This document shows, in pieces, positions 9,942 through 19,722 of a stretch of DNA of 64,000 nt. This DNA comes from Candidatus Fervidifonticultor quintus (GTDB taxonomy: Bacteria; Sysuimicrobiota; Sysuimicrobiia; Sysuimicrobiales; Humicultoraceae). Position 1 is the first letter of the stretch; each line of letters starts with the position of its first letter. The notes below the pieces were generated by a model. The model had not been told where the DNA came from and ran no database searches. It saw nothing but the letters and a program-made list of their open reading frames with translations. A program made the translations under genes and the position numbers. The stretch covers positions 1 to 64,000 of the forward strand of contig JAVKIJ010000003.1 in the NCBI GenBank assembly GCA_031459535.1, in the 5' to 3' direction.

Positions 9942-11021
9942 ATGCGCTCCCTCGCAGTCGCAGTCATCGTGGCGGCGCTGTTCCTGTCTGCGACGCCCGC
10001 CCTGGCCCAGGCCCCCTATTTCGCCGGCAAGACCATCGAGGTCATCGTGCCGACGGCGGTCGGCGGGCCCAGTGACATCCTCAACCGGTCGCTGGCGCCC
10101 TACCTGGAGAAGCACATTGCGGGCAACCCCACCGTGCGCATCCGCAACATTCCCGGCGGCGGCACCGTGCTGGGCTCCAACTGGTTTGCAGCCAACGCCA
10201 AGCCGGACGGGCTCACGCTGCTGGCCAGCCCGGTTGGCTCCAAGATCGCCTACATCCTGCAGACCCCGGGAGTCCGCTACGACTTCCGGCGCTTCAAGCT
10301 CATCGCCATCAGCGGTGGCGGCGCGGTGTTCTATGTTGCGGCGCGGACGGGCATCCGCAACGCGGGGGAACTGATCAAGGGTCAGGGGCAAGGCCTCGTG
10401 ACAGGCGGCCTCACGCCGGCCGGCAACCTGTTGACGGCGTTCTTGGCCTACGAGCTGCTGGGTGTCAACCCCCGCGTGGTCTTCGGGTTCGATGGCGTGG
10501 GTCCCATCCGCCTGGCATTCGAGCGCGGAGAGCTGAACCTCGACTTCCAGGCCACCGTCGTCTACACCACCCAGGTCGCGCCCCTGGTCCGGGAGGGAAA
10601 GGTGGTTCCGTTGATGACGCTGGGCTACATTGATGAGAAGGGACAGGTCGTCCGCGACCCGGCGGTCCCCGACCTGCCCACGGTGTACGAGGTCTACCAG
10701 CAGGCCTACGGGCGCAAGCCCGACGGCCTGCTCCGGTACAAGGCGTTTCGGGCCACCGTGGCGGCCGCCTGGGTGTACGGACGAGGGCTGTGGGCGCAGG
10801 AGGGCACACCGGCCGAGATCACAAAGCCCCTCCACGACGCCATCGATCGCATGAACGCGGACCGCGAGTTCCAGGACTTGGCCAAGCGGCTCCTGGAAGG
10901 GTACGCGCTGATCCGCGGGGACAAGGTGGAGCAGACCGTCTACCGCGGGCTGAGCGTGACGCTGGACGTGACCAAGTTCATCCGGGACCTGATGCAGCAG
11001 AAGTACGGACAGACCATCTAG
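9942..11021 (+). CDS. Tripartite tricarboxylate transporter substrate-binding protein (TctC/Bug-like)
   Basis: ATG at 9942 after GAGGAGG. Signal peptide, FAGKTIEVIVPTAVGGPSD, NIPGGG, KPDGLTL, ERGE and PDLPT. Confidence 0.85.
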   Translation: MRSLAVAVIVAALFLSATPALAQAPYFAGKTIEVIVPTAVGGPSDILNRSLAPYLEKHIAGNPTVRIRNIPGGGTVLGSNWFAANAKPDGLTLLASPVGSKIAYILQTPGVRYDFRRFKLIAISGGGAVFYVAARTGIRNAGELIKGQGQGLVTGGLTPAGNLLTAFLAYELLGVNPRVVFGFDGVGPIRLAFERGELNLDFQATVVYTTQVAPLVREGKVVPLMTLGYIDEKGQVVRDPAVPDLPTVYEVYQQAYGRKPDGLLRYKAFRATVAAAWVYGRGLWAQEGTPAEITKPLHDAIDRMNADREFQDLAKRLLEGYALIRGDKVEQTVYRGLSVTLDVTKFIRDLMQQKYGQTI

Positions 11022-11042
11022 CGCCGCCGGGAGACAGGCGAG

Positions 11043-12977
11043 ATGCTGGACGCGGCCATCGCGGCGCTGGCAATCTTCGCCAGCCCGGAACGTCTCGTGT
11101 TGTTGTTTGCCGGCACGCTCTCTGGCCTGCTGATCGGCATGCTGCCCGGGATGGGCGGGATCGTGGCCGTCTCGCTCATCCTGCCGTACGTCTACCGTCT
11201 CGACGCGTTCGCCTCCGCCGCGGTCCTCACCGGCGCGCTGGCCGTGGTCCACACGTCTGATACGATCAGCTCCGTCCTCATCGGCGCTCCGGGGTCGGCG
11301 GCCTCTGCCACCTCGGTCATCGAAGGCCACGCCCTGGCCAGGCAGGGGCAGGCCGCTCGGGCACTGTCCGCGGCGTTCCTCTCGTCCCTGATCGGCGGCC
11401 TGATCGGCGCGCTGGGCCTCACGGTGTCCATTCCTGTCGCCAGGCCGCTGGTGCTGGCGCTGGGTTCGCCCGAGCTGTTCATGCTGACGGCGCTGGGCGT
11501 CAGTTATGCCGGCAGCCTGTTGGGCAAGGATGCGCGGAAGGGGCTCATCGCCGGCGTGCTCGGTGTGCTGGTCGGCTTAGTCGGGCCGTCGCCGGCGGCC
11601 GCACAGCTCCGTTTTGACTTCGGCCAGCTCTACCTCATGGACGGGGTGCCGCTGGTCGTGGTGGCCCTGGGCATCTTCGGCGTTGCGGAGGTGGTCACGC
11701 TGTTCTCCCGAGGTGGCGCCATCGCCACGGGGACGGGCGTGGGGGTGGGCTGGGCTCAGGGCTTCCGGGACGTGCTGCAGCACCGGTGGCTGGTGCTGCG
11801 CGGGGCGCTGATCGGCGTGTGGGCCGGCATCCTACCGGCGCTGGGCGCGACGGCCGGCACGTGGATGGCGTATGGCCACGTGGTCGCCGCCAGCAAGGAC
11901 AAGTCGCGCTTCGGCAAAGGCGACATCCGTGGCATCATCGCGCCCGAGGCCGCCAACAACGCGGTGGCCGCCGGAGACCTGATTCCGACCCTGCTCTTCT
12001 GGGTGCCGGGCAGTGCCTCCGCCGCGCTGCTGGTCGGTGTGCTGCTGCGACATGGGATCCTGCCCGGTCCCCGGATCGTGACCGAGCATCTCTCGCTGAT
12101 CTACGTGATCATCTGGAGCTACGCCATCGCCAATGTGGTCGGGGCCGGCCTGTGCTTTCTGATCAGCCCCGCGCTGGCCCGCATCACCCATGTGCCGTTT
12201 GCCCGGCTGGCCGGCCCGGTGCTGATGACGATCACGCTGGGAGCGTTCCAGGCGACCCAGAACATGGCCGATCTCGTCACGCTGTTCATCATCGGCCTGC
12301 TGGGATGGGCCATGAGCCGGACCGGGTGGCCCAGGGCGCCGTTCCTGATCGGGTTCGTCCTGGCAGGCCCGATGGAACGGAACTTCGTCATCACCACCAA
12401 CCTCCTGCAGGGATGGGGATGGCTGACGCGGCCCGGGGTCGTGATCATCGGCGCGGTCCTGGTGGCGCCCTTTGTCGTGGGACTGGCCCGATGGATCAGG
12501 GCACGCCGTCGGGGCGCCCCCGCGGCGGAGGAAGGGGGTCAGCGGGTCGCGCTGGACGTGGTGCTCAGCGCCGTCTTGCTCGTCGTGTTCCTCGGGGCGC
12601 TGGCGCTGGCTGCGCACTATGCGCCCAGCGCGAGGCTCCTGCCGATGGTCGCCGCCGTGCCGGGGGCAGGCTTGGCCGCCTGGCAACTGGTCCGCGCCCT
12701 CCAGGGACGCTCGGTGGTGGACGACGACGGGCCGCCCTTGGCGGCAGAGGTGCGGGGAGGGCTCCTGGCATTCCTGGCCCTGGGTGGGTGTTTCGTCCTG
12801 ATCCGGCTGGTCGGCTTCCATGCCGCCGCGGCCGCGTTCATGCTGCTGTTCACCCTGGGGCCGGCGCGCATGCGCCCCCTGCCAGCGATGCTCTTCACCG
12901 CAGCCGTGATGCTCTTTGTGGCCGGTCTGGGGAACCTGCTGGGAGTCCGCTGGCCATCCGGGCTGTTGAAGCTCTGA
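11043..12977 (+). CDS. Tripartite tricarboxylate transporter permease TctA with fused C-terminal TctB-like domain
   Basis: GMLPGMG, LIGAPGSAAS, APEAANNA and IPTLLFWVPGS, followed by about 150 extra hydrophobic residues ending LGVRWPSGLL. Confidence 0.85.
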   Translation: MLDAAIAALAIFASPERLVLLFAGTLSGLLIGMLPGMGGIVAVSLILPYVYRLDAFASAAVLTGALAVVHTSDTISSVLIGAPGSAASATSVIEGHALARQGQAARALSAAFLSSLIGGLIGALGLTVSIPVARPLVLALGSPELFMLTALGVSYAGSLLGKDARKGLIAGVLGVLVGLVGPSPAAAQLRFDFGQLYLMDGVPLVVVALGIFGVAEVVTLFSRGGAIATGTGVGVGWAQGFRDVLQHRWLVLRGALIGVWAGILPALGATAGTWMAYGHVVAASKDKSRFGKGDIRGIIAPEAANNAVAAGDLIPTLLFWVPGSASAALLVGVLLRHGILPGPRIVTEHLSLIYVIIWSYAIANVVGAGLCFLISPALARITHVPFARLAGPVLMTITLGAFQATQNMADLVTLFIIGLLGWAMSRTGWPRAPFLIGFVLAGPMERNFVITTNLLQGWGWLTRPGVVIIGAVLVAPFVVGLARWIRARRRGAPAAEEGGQRVALDVVLSAVLLVVFLGALALAAHYAPSARLLPMVAAVPGAGLAAWQLVRALQGRSVVDDDGPPLAAEVRGGLLAFLALGGCFVLIRLVGFHAAAAAFMLLFTLGPARMRPLPAMLFTAAVMLFVAGLGNLLGVRWPSGLLKL

Positions 12978-13002
12978 CGCCCCGCAGGGAGGAGGATGCG
13001 CA

Positions 13003-14145
13003 ATGCCGATCGAGCGCCTGCGTCACCTGCGCCTGATCAGCCGCACTAGGTACGGGCCGGTGGGCGCGGGACAGATCGTGGTGCACCGGGGGTACGCCTA
13101 CATCGCACCGATGCGGGATGTCGGCACGACCATCGTGGACGTGCGCGATCCGCGGTCGCCGCGCGTGGTGGCCCAACTGGGGGTCCCGCCCAACACGCAC
13201 GCGCACAAGGTCCAGGTGGCTGGCGATCTCATGGTGATCAATCACGAGAAGCTCCCCCAGTATCAGGGGACAGACTTCAGCGGAGGCGTCGGCATCTACG
13301 ACGTCCGCGATCCGGCCTCGCCGCGCCTGCTGACGTTCTTCGCCACCGGGGGGCCCGGCGTGCACCGGTTCTGGTTCGTCGACGGCCGGTACGCGCATCT
13401 GTCGGCCGGGGCCGAGGGTTTCTCGAGCCAGATCTACCGCATCCTGGACCTAGCCATGCCCGATCGGCCTGTTGAAGTGGGGCGGTGGTGGATTCCGGGG
13501 ATGTGGACCGCTGGCGGCGAGCGGCCTGACTGGCCGCCATCCTGGCACGTTCGCGTGCACGGCGCGCCGTTCGTCGTGGGAGATCGGTGCTACGTCGGGT
13601 GCCAAGACTGGGGCTGGGTCATTCTCGATGTGTCGTCGTGGTCACAGCCGAAGCTGATCGCCCGGCACACCGTCTACCCGCCGTTTGGAGACATGCTGCA
13701 CACGGCCCTGCCTCTGCCCGGACGCCGGTTGGTCGCCTGCACCCAGGAGGCCCTGAGGAAGTTCGGCGAGAGCTCGGAACGGGAGAAATACCTGTGGATC
13801 GTAGACGTGCGCCATGAGCGCAACCCGATCCCGGTGGCGACGTTCCGCGTGGATCCCGACGGGCTCGCTGATCCCGAGTTCCGCTTCGGACCCCACAACA
13901 TTCACGAGAACCGGCCGGGCAGCCAGCAGCGTGAGGACCGGATCTACCTCACGTACTTCTCAGGAGGCCTCTGGGTGGTGGACATCAGCGACCCGCTGCG
14001 GCCGCGGGAGATCGCCTGGTATGTGCCCGAGGTGCCGCGGGGGCTCCCACAGACCAACGATGTCTACGTGGACGCCGACGGGCTGATCTACGTGGTGGAT
14101 CGGCTGGATGGCGTCCTCGACATCCTGGAGCACGACGGCATCTAA
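13003..14145 (+). CDS. LVIVD-repeat beta-propeller protein
   Basis: Repeats of IVDVRDPRSP, IYDVRDPASP, ILDLAMPDRP, ILDVSSWSQP, IVDVRHERNP and VVDISDPLRP. Conserved-looking His motifs HAHKV, VHRFW, LHTALP and FGPHN. Confidence 0.8.
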   Translation: MPIERLRHLRLISRTRYGPVGAGQIVVHRGYAYIAPMRDVGTTIVDVRDPRSPRVVAQLGVPPNTHAHKVQVAGDLMVINHEKLPQYQGTDFSGGVGIYDVRDPASPRLLTFFATGGPGVHRFWFVDGRYAHLSAGAEGFSSQIYRILDLAMPDRPVEVGRWWIPGMWTAGGERPDWPPSWHVRVHGAPFVVGDRCYVGCQDWGWVILDVSSWSQPKLIARHTVYPPFGDMLHTALPLPGRRLVACTQEALRKFGESSEREKYLWIVDVRHERNPIPVATFRVDPDGLADPEFRFGPHNIHENRPGSQQREDRIYLTYFSGGLWVVDISDPLRPREIAWYVPEVPRGLPQTNDVYVDADGLIYVVDRLDGVLDILEHDGI

Positions 14146-15410
14146 GCAGTCACGCTTTCCGCCTCGCCCAGGAAGTACACGATGGCCGCCGCGTACAGCC
14201 GCGCGGCGTCCACCAGCTCGGCGATGTCCACGTACTCGTCGGCCTGGTGGGGGATTTGCCGGTTGCCCGGGCCGATGGTCACGATGGGTAGCCCGGCCCA
14301 GGCATGGAGGAACGTGCCGTCCGTAGAGCCGGGCACGCCGCCGTAGCGCGGCGGCCGGCCCAGCACACGCTCCGTGGCGCGCTCCACGGCCCGCACAATA
14401 GGGTCGTCGGCGCGGGTCTCCGTCGGGGGCCGATCCTCCACGAGCTCCAGCGCGACCTCCACGCGCGGGTCGACTGCCCGGGCGCGGGCCGCCAGGCCGT
14501 CGAGGGCCTGTTGCAGTTCCGCGTGGTCCTGTCCCGGCACGGTGCGCAGGTCCACGGTCACGTGGGCCTCGCCGGCCACCACGTTGAACTGCGACTCGCC
14601 GTGCACCGGCGCGCGCACCGTGGTGGGCGTGATGTGCGGCAGCCCGAGGAACGGATGACGGCCGTGCCGCGTCTGACGGGCTCGATCCTCCTCGACCAGC
14701 GCCGTGATGAACGCCGCGGCCACGGGGATGGGGTTGATGCCGGCATAGGGCATCGCGCCGTGCGCCATCCTGCCGCGAAACGTGGCCAGCACCCGCATGG
14801 CGCCCTTCTGGTGCAGGCAGATCTCGTTCTCCTCTGGCTCGCAGATCAAGGCCGCGTGGAATCCCCTGGCGCCGCCCTGCCGGATGAAGGCCTTGATGCC
14901 CAGCATCATGCCTTCTTCGTCGGCGACGGCGGCAATGCGCACGCGGCCAGGCAGGTGGGGGCAGGCGCGGCGCACGGCGTCCAGCGCGCAGATGGCCGAG
15001 GCCAGGCCGCCCTTCATGTCGGCGGTGCCGCGGCCGTAGATGCGGCCTTCGTGGACCGTGGCCCCAAACGGCGGAACGGTCCACGCGCCGTGATCGCCCT
15101 CGGTCACCACGTCGGTGTGGCCTTCGAGGATGAGACCGCGCCCGCCCCGGCCCCAATCCCAGTCGGCCACCACGTTCGGACGGTTCGGCGCCGCCTCGTG
15201 GGTGGATGTCGGAAGCCCCATGCGCTTCAAGTACTCGACGAGGTACGCCGCGCAGGCGGCTTCGGTCCCCGACGGGTCGCCGGGGCGGTAGACGCTGGGG
15301 ATGCGCACGAGTTCCCTGGTCAGCGCCACAACCGCGTCCGCGTCCACAGCCTCGGCGGCCGCGTGGGCCAGGGCATCAAGCCCCCTGGTGGCTCCGGTCG
15401 CCTCGCTCAA
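14142..15410 (-). CDS. M20 family metallo-hydrolase (ArgE/DapE-like)
   Basis: EGHTDVV, GRGTADMKGG, ADEE, CEP, GSTDG and PHQADEYV. Confidence 0.9.
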   Translation of the reverse strand: MSEATGATRGLDALAHAAAEAVDADAVVALTRELVRIPSVYRPGDPSGTEAACAAYLVEYLKRMGLPTSTHEAAPNRPNVVADWDWGRGGRGLILEGHTDVVTEGDHGAWTVPPFGATVHEGRIYGRGTADMKGGLASAICALDAVRRACPHLPGRVRIAAVADEEGMMLGIKAFIRQGGARGFHAALICEPEENEICLHQKGAMRVLATFRGRMAHGAMPYAGINPIPVAAAFITALVEEDRARQTRHGRHPFLGLPHITPTTVRAPVHGESQFNVVAGEAHVTVDLRTVPGQDHAELQQALDGLAARARAVDPRVEVALELVEDRPPTETRADDPIVRAVERATERVLGRPPRYGGVPGSTDGTFLHAWAGLPIVTIGPGNRQIPHQADEYVDIAELVDAARLYAAAIVYFLGEAESVTA

Positions 15411-15474
15411 ATCCGTCCCCTCCCCATGAGGATTCGCTGCGGTGCCGCTGCGGGTGCATCGGGCCGCCCCGGGG

Positions 15475-16368
15475 CTATCGCGGCCTGCGCCGAAGTCGCG
15501 GGTCGAGCAGATCGCGCAGCCCGTCGCCGAGCAGGTTCCATCCCAGCACTGCCGCGGCGATGGCGATCCCAGGATAGATGGCCATCCACGGCCCCACGAA
15601 CAGCACGTCGCGGGCTTCCTGCAGCATGCCGCCCCAGCTCGGCGTCGGCGGCTGTGTGCCCAACCCCAGGTAGCTCAACGACGCCTCGGCCAGCACGGCA
15701 CCGGAGAACGCCACGGTGGTCTGCACCAGCAGCGGCCCGCCCACATTGGGCAGGATGTGGCGAAGCAGGATCGTCGCATCCGTGGCGCCCATGGCCCGGG
15801 CGGCGACCACGAACTCCTGATTGCGGACCGCCAGCGTCTGCGCCCGGGCCAGGCGTGCGAACGTGGGGATGAGCACGATGCCGATGGCCATCATGGTCTG
15901 GATGTGCCCCGGCCCCAGGGCCGCCACCACCAGGATCGCCAGCAGCAGGGCAGGGAACGCCATGAGGCCGTCCACCAGGCGCATCAGGACCGCGTCCGTG
16001 CGGCCGGCGCGGTAGCCCGAGAGCAGGCCGATCGTGACGCCTGCGCCGGCCCCGATGGCCACGGCCACGGCGCCGACGATCACCGCCACCCGTCCACCGT
16101 AGAGGATCCGACTGAGGACGTCGCGGCCCAGCCGGTCGGTCCCCAACCGGTGTTCCGGCCCCGGCGACCGCAGCCGGCTCGCCGGGTCGATCGCCGTCGG
16201 GTCGCCGGGCGCCAGCAGGGGCGCCGCGGCGGCGGAGCCCACGATGAGGGCCACGAGCGCGCCGCCCACGATGAGCGGCAAATTGTACCGCCGCCGGCGG
16301 GGTTGCACCAGAAGCACTGGGGCCCGCGTGGACGCCGCTTGAACCCTCCTTGGCCCGAGCCGTGCCAT
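15475..16368 (-). CDS. Peptide/nickel ABC transporter permease (DppC/OppC type)
   Basis: HRLGTDRLGRDVLSRILYG, EFVVAARAMGA, RHILPN and EASLSYLGLG...PSWG. The start at 16368 overlaps the upstream TGA and is approximate. Confidence 0.88.
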   Translation of the reverse strand: MARLGPRRVQAASTRAPVLLVQPRRRRYNLPLIVGGALVALIVGSAAAAPLLAPGDPTAIDPASRLRSPGPEHRLGTDRLGRDVLSRILYGGRVAVIVGAVAVAIGAGAGVTIGLLSGYRAGRTDAVLMRLVDGLMAFPALLLAILVVAALGPGHIQTMMAIGIVLIPTFARLARAQTLAVRNQEFVVAARAMGATDATILLRHILPNVGGPLLVQTTVAFSGAVLAEASLSYLGLGTQPPTPSWGGMLQEARDVLFVGPWMAIYPGIAIAAAVLGWNLLGDGLRDLLDPRLRRRPR

Positions 16369-17309
16369 CAGTCGTACGAGATCCTGGGGTCGATCACCGC
16401 GTAGAGGAGATCCACCAGCAGGTTCAGCAGGGCGAACATGACGGCGATGGCGATCACCGCGCCCTGAACGACCACCAGGTCGCGGGAGTAGATGCCCTGC
16501 AGCAGTAGCCGGCCGAGGCCCGGCAGGCCGAAGACCTGCTCGATGACGATCGTCCCGCCCATCAGGTAGCCCAGCTGCAGCCCCGCCACGGTCAGCACCG
16601 GGATCAGCGAGTTGCGCAGGACGTGGCGGCGCAGGATGAACCGGTCCCACAAGCCCTTGCTGCGCGCGGTGCGCACATAGTCCCGGTTCAGTTCCTCCAG
16701 GACCGAAGCCCGTACGAGCCGGACCAGCGCCGCCGCCCGCTCGGTGCCCAGTGCCACGGCCGGCAGCACCAGGTGGCGCGCCCAGTTCAGCGGGCCGGCC
16801 GACAGCGGGGCGTAGCCCTGCAGCGGGAAGATCGGGACCGCCGCGGCCAAGCCCAGCAGCAGCAGGATGCCCATCCAGAAGGTCGGAATGGCCAGCCCCA
16901 TCTGTGAGCCGGCCAGTACGCCCAGGTCCAATGGCGACCAGGCGCGGCGCGCGGCCACGATCCCCAGCGGCAGCGCCAGCCCCACGGCCACCAGCATGGC
17001 GGCCACGGCCAGCGAGATGGTCACGGGCAGCCGCTGCACGATGAGCCCGGCCACGGGCTCGCGATAGCTGATCGATGTGCCCAGGTGGCCGCGGGCTAGG
17101 TGCCCGAGCCACTCCAGATAGCGCATGATCAACGGTCGGTCGAGGCCGAACTCCTGCCGCAGCCGTGCCAGGTCCTCTGGCCGGGCATCCACGCCCAGCA
17201 TGATCTGGGCGATGTCGCCGGGGATCACCTGGAGGGCGAGAAACGTGACGGTGGCGACCACGAGTACCGTGGGCACCACCGTCGCAAGCCGCCGGAGGAC
17301 GAGCGGCAT
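16368..17309 (-). CDS. Peptide/nickel ABC transporter permease (DppB/OppB type)
   Basis: MPLVLRRL..., FGLDRPL, DYVRTARSKG, EQVFGLPGLGRL and DPRISYD. Confidence 0.9.
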   Translation of the reverse strand: MPLVLRRLATVVPTVLVVATVTFLALQVIPGDIAQIMLGVDARPEDLARLRQEFGLDRPLIMRYLEWLGHLARGHLGTSISYREPVAGLIVQRLPVTISLAVAAMLVAVGLALPLGIVAARRAWSPLDLGVLAGSQMGLAIPTFWMGILLLLGLAAAVPIFPLQGYAPLSAGPLNWARHLVLPAVALGTERAAALVRLVRASVLEELNRDYVRTARSKGLWDRFILRRHVLRNSLIPVLTVAGLQLGYLMGGTIVIEQVFGLPGLGRLLLQGIYSRDLVVVQGAVIAIAVMFALLNLLVDLLYAVIDPRISYD

Positions 17310-17353
17310 GCTACCTCGGATCAGACTCCCTTCGCAGGCGGCTGCACCCCATG

Positions 17354-18898
17354 CTACTTGACGGTCTTGCGGAAATCGAAGGTGTCGATAGCGTAGAGCT
17401 GGCGGAAGTCGCGCACGTTCCGCTGGGTGGCCATGTAGAGCACCGGGGTGCCCAGGAAGACCATCATGGCATCGTCGGTCATCAGCTTGAGCGCTTCGGC
17501 GTAGATGCGCTTCCGCAGGTCGGGATTGGTGGTGATTCGGCCGGCCAGGATCAGGTCTTCCACCTTCTGGTTCTGGTACCGGACGTAGTTCCGGGTCGGG
17601 TCCCCGAAGCCGGCCAGCCGGCCGTCGGGATCCAGCTTGCCGGTGTGCCCGATGATGGTGAGATCGTACTCGCCGCCGCCGTACACGCGCGACAGCCAGA
17701 ATCCCCACTCGACCACCCGCGGGCGCGCCGTCACCCCCACCCTGGCCAGCATGCCCTGGATGAGCTGCCCGGCCTCGATGTGTGGTGGGTAGGGCTGCGG
17801 CAGGGCCAGGTCCAGGGTCAGGCCGCTGGCATGTCCCGCCTCCGCGAGCAGCCGCCTGGCGCGGTCGGGGTCGTACGGATACGGGTCGGGCAGGTCCACG
17901 TAGTAGGGGCTCGTGACGTCCATGAAGACGTTGGAGACGATGGACTCCTCGCCGTAGGCCGTGCGCAGAGCCTGCCTGCGGTCGATCCCGTGCCACAGCG
18001 CCCGGCGCACCCTGATGTCACGGAGGACGGGCCGGCTATTGTTGATCGCCAGCACGTTGATCAGGCTCGTAACCTGCCGGATGATCTTGACATTGGGATT
18101 GGCGCGGACGCGGGGCAGGTCCAGGAACGCCACGCTGTCAATCGCGTCGAACTCGCCGGAGAGCAGCCCGGCCACCTTGACGGCCGACTCGGGGACGAAT
18201 CGGATCAGGACCTCGCGCAGCCGTGGCTCGCCCCGCAGCCAGTAGCCCTCGAACCGCTGCAATCGGATGAACGAGTCACGCTGCCACTCGCCCAGCGTGA
18301 ACGGGCCGGTGCCCACCGGTCTCGTGGCGAAGTCGTGCTTGCGCGCGATCAGGTCTGCAGGCAGGATGGCGCCCCATCCCTGGCCCAGGGTGGCCAGGAA
18401 CGGTGCGAACCGCTCGCCCAACACGATGCGCACGGTCAGCGGATCGACGACCTCGATGGCGCGCACCGCCCCGAAGTCGCCCCGCTTGGGTGAGCGCGTG
18501 GCGGGATCGAGGATGCGCTCCAGTGTCGCCTTGACATCGCCCGCATCCAGCGTCTTGCCGTGGTGGAACCTGACCCCGGGCCGCAGCTTGAACGTCCAGG
18601 TCAGGCCGTCCGCGGAGACCGTCCATGACTCCGCGAGCGCCGCGACCAGTCTGCCCTGATCGTCGGGTTCGACCAGCGTGTCATAGAGGCTCTTGTTCAC
18701 CTGAAACGCCAATGTGGCGGCCGTGGACTGCGGGTCCAGAGTGTCGGGCCCGCCTGAGAGCGCAAAGACGAACCGCTCGCGCGGCGTCTGGGCGCCGGCG
18801 GGGGCGCCAGCAACAGCCAGGGCCGCCGCCAGGGCCAGCAGCACTGCCTTCCCGACCCAAGGAGAGGCCGCGGCTCCGCGCGGGGTGGGATCCGTCAT
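17354..18898 (-). CDS. ABC transporter solute-binding protein, family 5 (DppA-like)
   Basis: Signal peptide, TLDPQ, LAESWTVSADGLTWTFKLRPGVRFHHG, PVGTGPF and YDPDRARRLLAEAG. ATGA overlap with the upstream gene. Confidence 0.9.
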   Translation of the reverse strand: MTDPTPRGAAASPWVGKAVLLALAAALAVAGAPAGAQTPRERFVFALSGGPDTLDPQSTAATLAFQVNKSLYDTLVEPDDQGRLVAALAESWTVSADGLTWTFKLRPGVRFHHGKTLDAGDVKATLERILDPATRSPKRGDFGAVRAIEVVDPLTVRIVLGERFAPFLATLGQGWGAILPADLIARKHDFATRPVGTGPFTLGEWQRDSFIRLQRFEGYWLRGEPRLREVLIRFVPESAVKVAGLLSGEFDAIDSVAFLDLPRVRANPNVKIIRQVTSLINVLAINNSRPVLRDIRVRRALWHGIDRRQALRTAYGEESIVSNVFMDVTSPYYVDLPDPYPYDPDRARRLLAEAGHASGLTLDLALPQPYPPHIEAGQLIQGMLARVGVTARPRVVEWGFWLSRVYGGGEYDLTIIGHTGKLDPDGRLAGFGDPTRNYVRYQNQKVEDLILAGRITTNPDLRKRIYAEALKLMTDDAMMVFLGTPVLYMATQRNVRDFRQLYAIDTFDFRKTVK

Positions 18899-19698
18899 GA
18901 CCGTTCCCTCCTTCCGACAAGTGCGTGCGAGACGCGTGCCAGCGACGTGCGAGTTGTCTCCAGCGACTTGGTCTCGAAGATCACCGTGCGTGCCCACGGC
19001 GGCAGGTCCCTGGCCAGATCCACGACCTTGGCGATCTCGCCGTCGCCCCAGGCCAGGTGGTCGTCGCGCCAGCCGCGGCAGTCGTTGACATGCACGTGCA
19101 CCACGTCGCGGTCTTTGAGCATGGCATCCAGCGTGGCGCGGCCGGCCAGGAATGCGTGCCCGAAGTCCAGGCACAGTCGCAGCGCCGGGTGACCGACGCC
19201 CTCGAAGATCTGACGGAGTTCATCGTAGGCCACGCCATAGATGAGCTTGCGCCCGATGCGCGGCTGCCCCTCCGCCGGCGAGACGTCCGGCATGTTCTCC
19301 AGGTAGATCTCGATGCCGGCGGCCCGGGCGGCTTCGCACAGGCCGTGGAGGGACTCCACGGCGTACGGCAGTCCCCGGTCGCGGGGCATGACCTCCTCAT
19401 AGGGTGGGTGCCCGGGATGGACCACGACGCCGCGCGCCCCCAGCCGAGCTGCCTCGGCGATCGTCTGCCGAATCTGCCGGACGGACTCGGCGCGGATGCC
19501 TGGATTGGTCGACGCGATGTTGATGCCCAGGATCGGCATGTGCAGGCTCAGCACGCCCCCGCCGTTCCACTCCACCGGCAGCCAGGCGTGCGGGGGTTCG
19601 CACATGATCTCGATCCCCACGCCGAACCCCAACAAGTCGGACGCCACTTCGGCCAGCGGTCGGCGCACTGCGGCAAAGCTCGATACGCCCAAGTCCAA
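18895..19698 (-). CDS. Sugar phosphate isomerase/epimerase (AP-endonuclease-2 TIM barrel) family protein
   Basis: SLHMP, VVVHPG, LENMP, LDFGHA, HVHVND, DDHL and FE metal-ligand pattern. Confidence 0.82.
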   Translation of the reverse strand: MDLGVSSFAAVRRPLAEVASDLLGFGVGIEIMCEPPHAWLPVEWNGGGVLSLHMPILGINIASTNPGIRAESVRQIRQTIAEAARLGARGVVVHPGHPPYEEVMPRDRGLPYAVESLHGLCEAARAAGIEIYLENMPDVSPAEGQPRIGRKLIYGVAYDELRQIFEGVGHPALRLCLDFGHAFLAGRATLDAMLKDRDVVHVHVNDCRGWRDDHLAWGDGEIAKVVDLARDLPPWARTVIFETKSLETTRTSLARVSHALVGRRERS

Positions 19699-19722
19699 CG
19701 CGGTCGGCTCCTCTCCCCGCTG

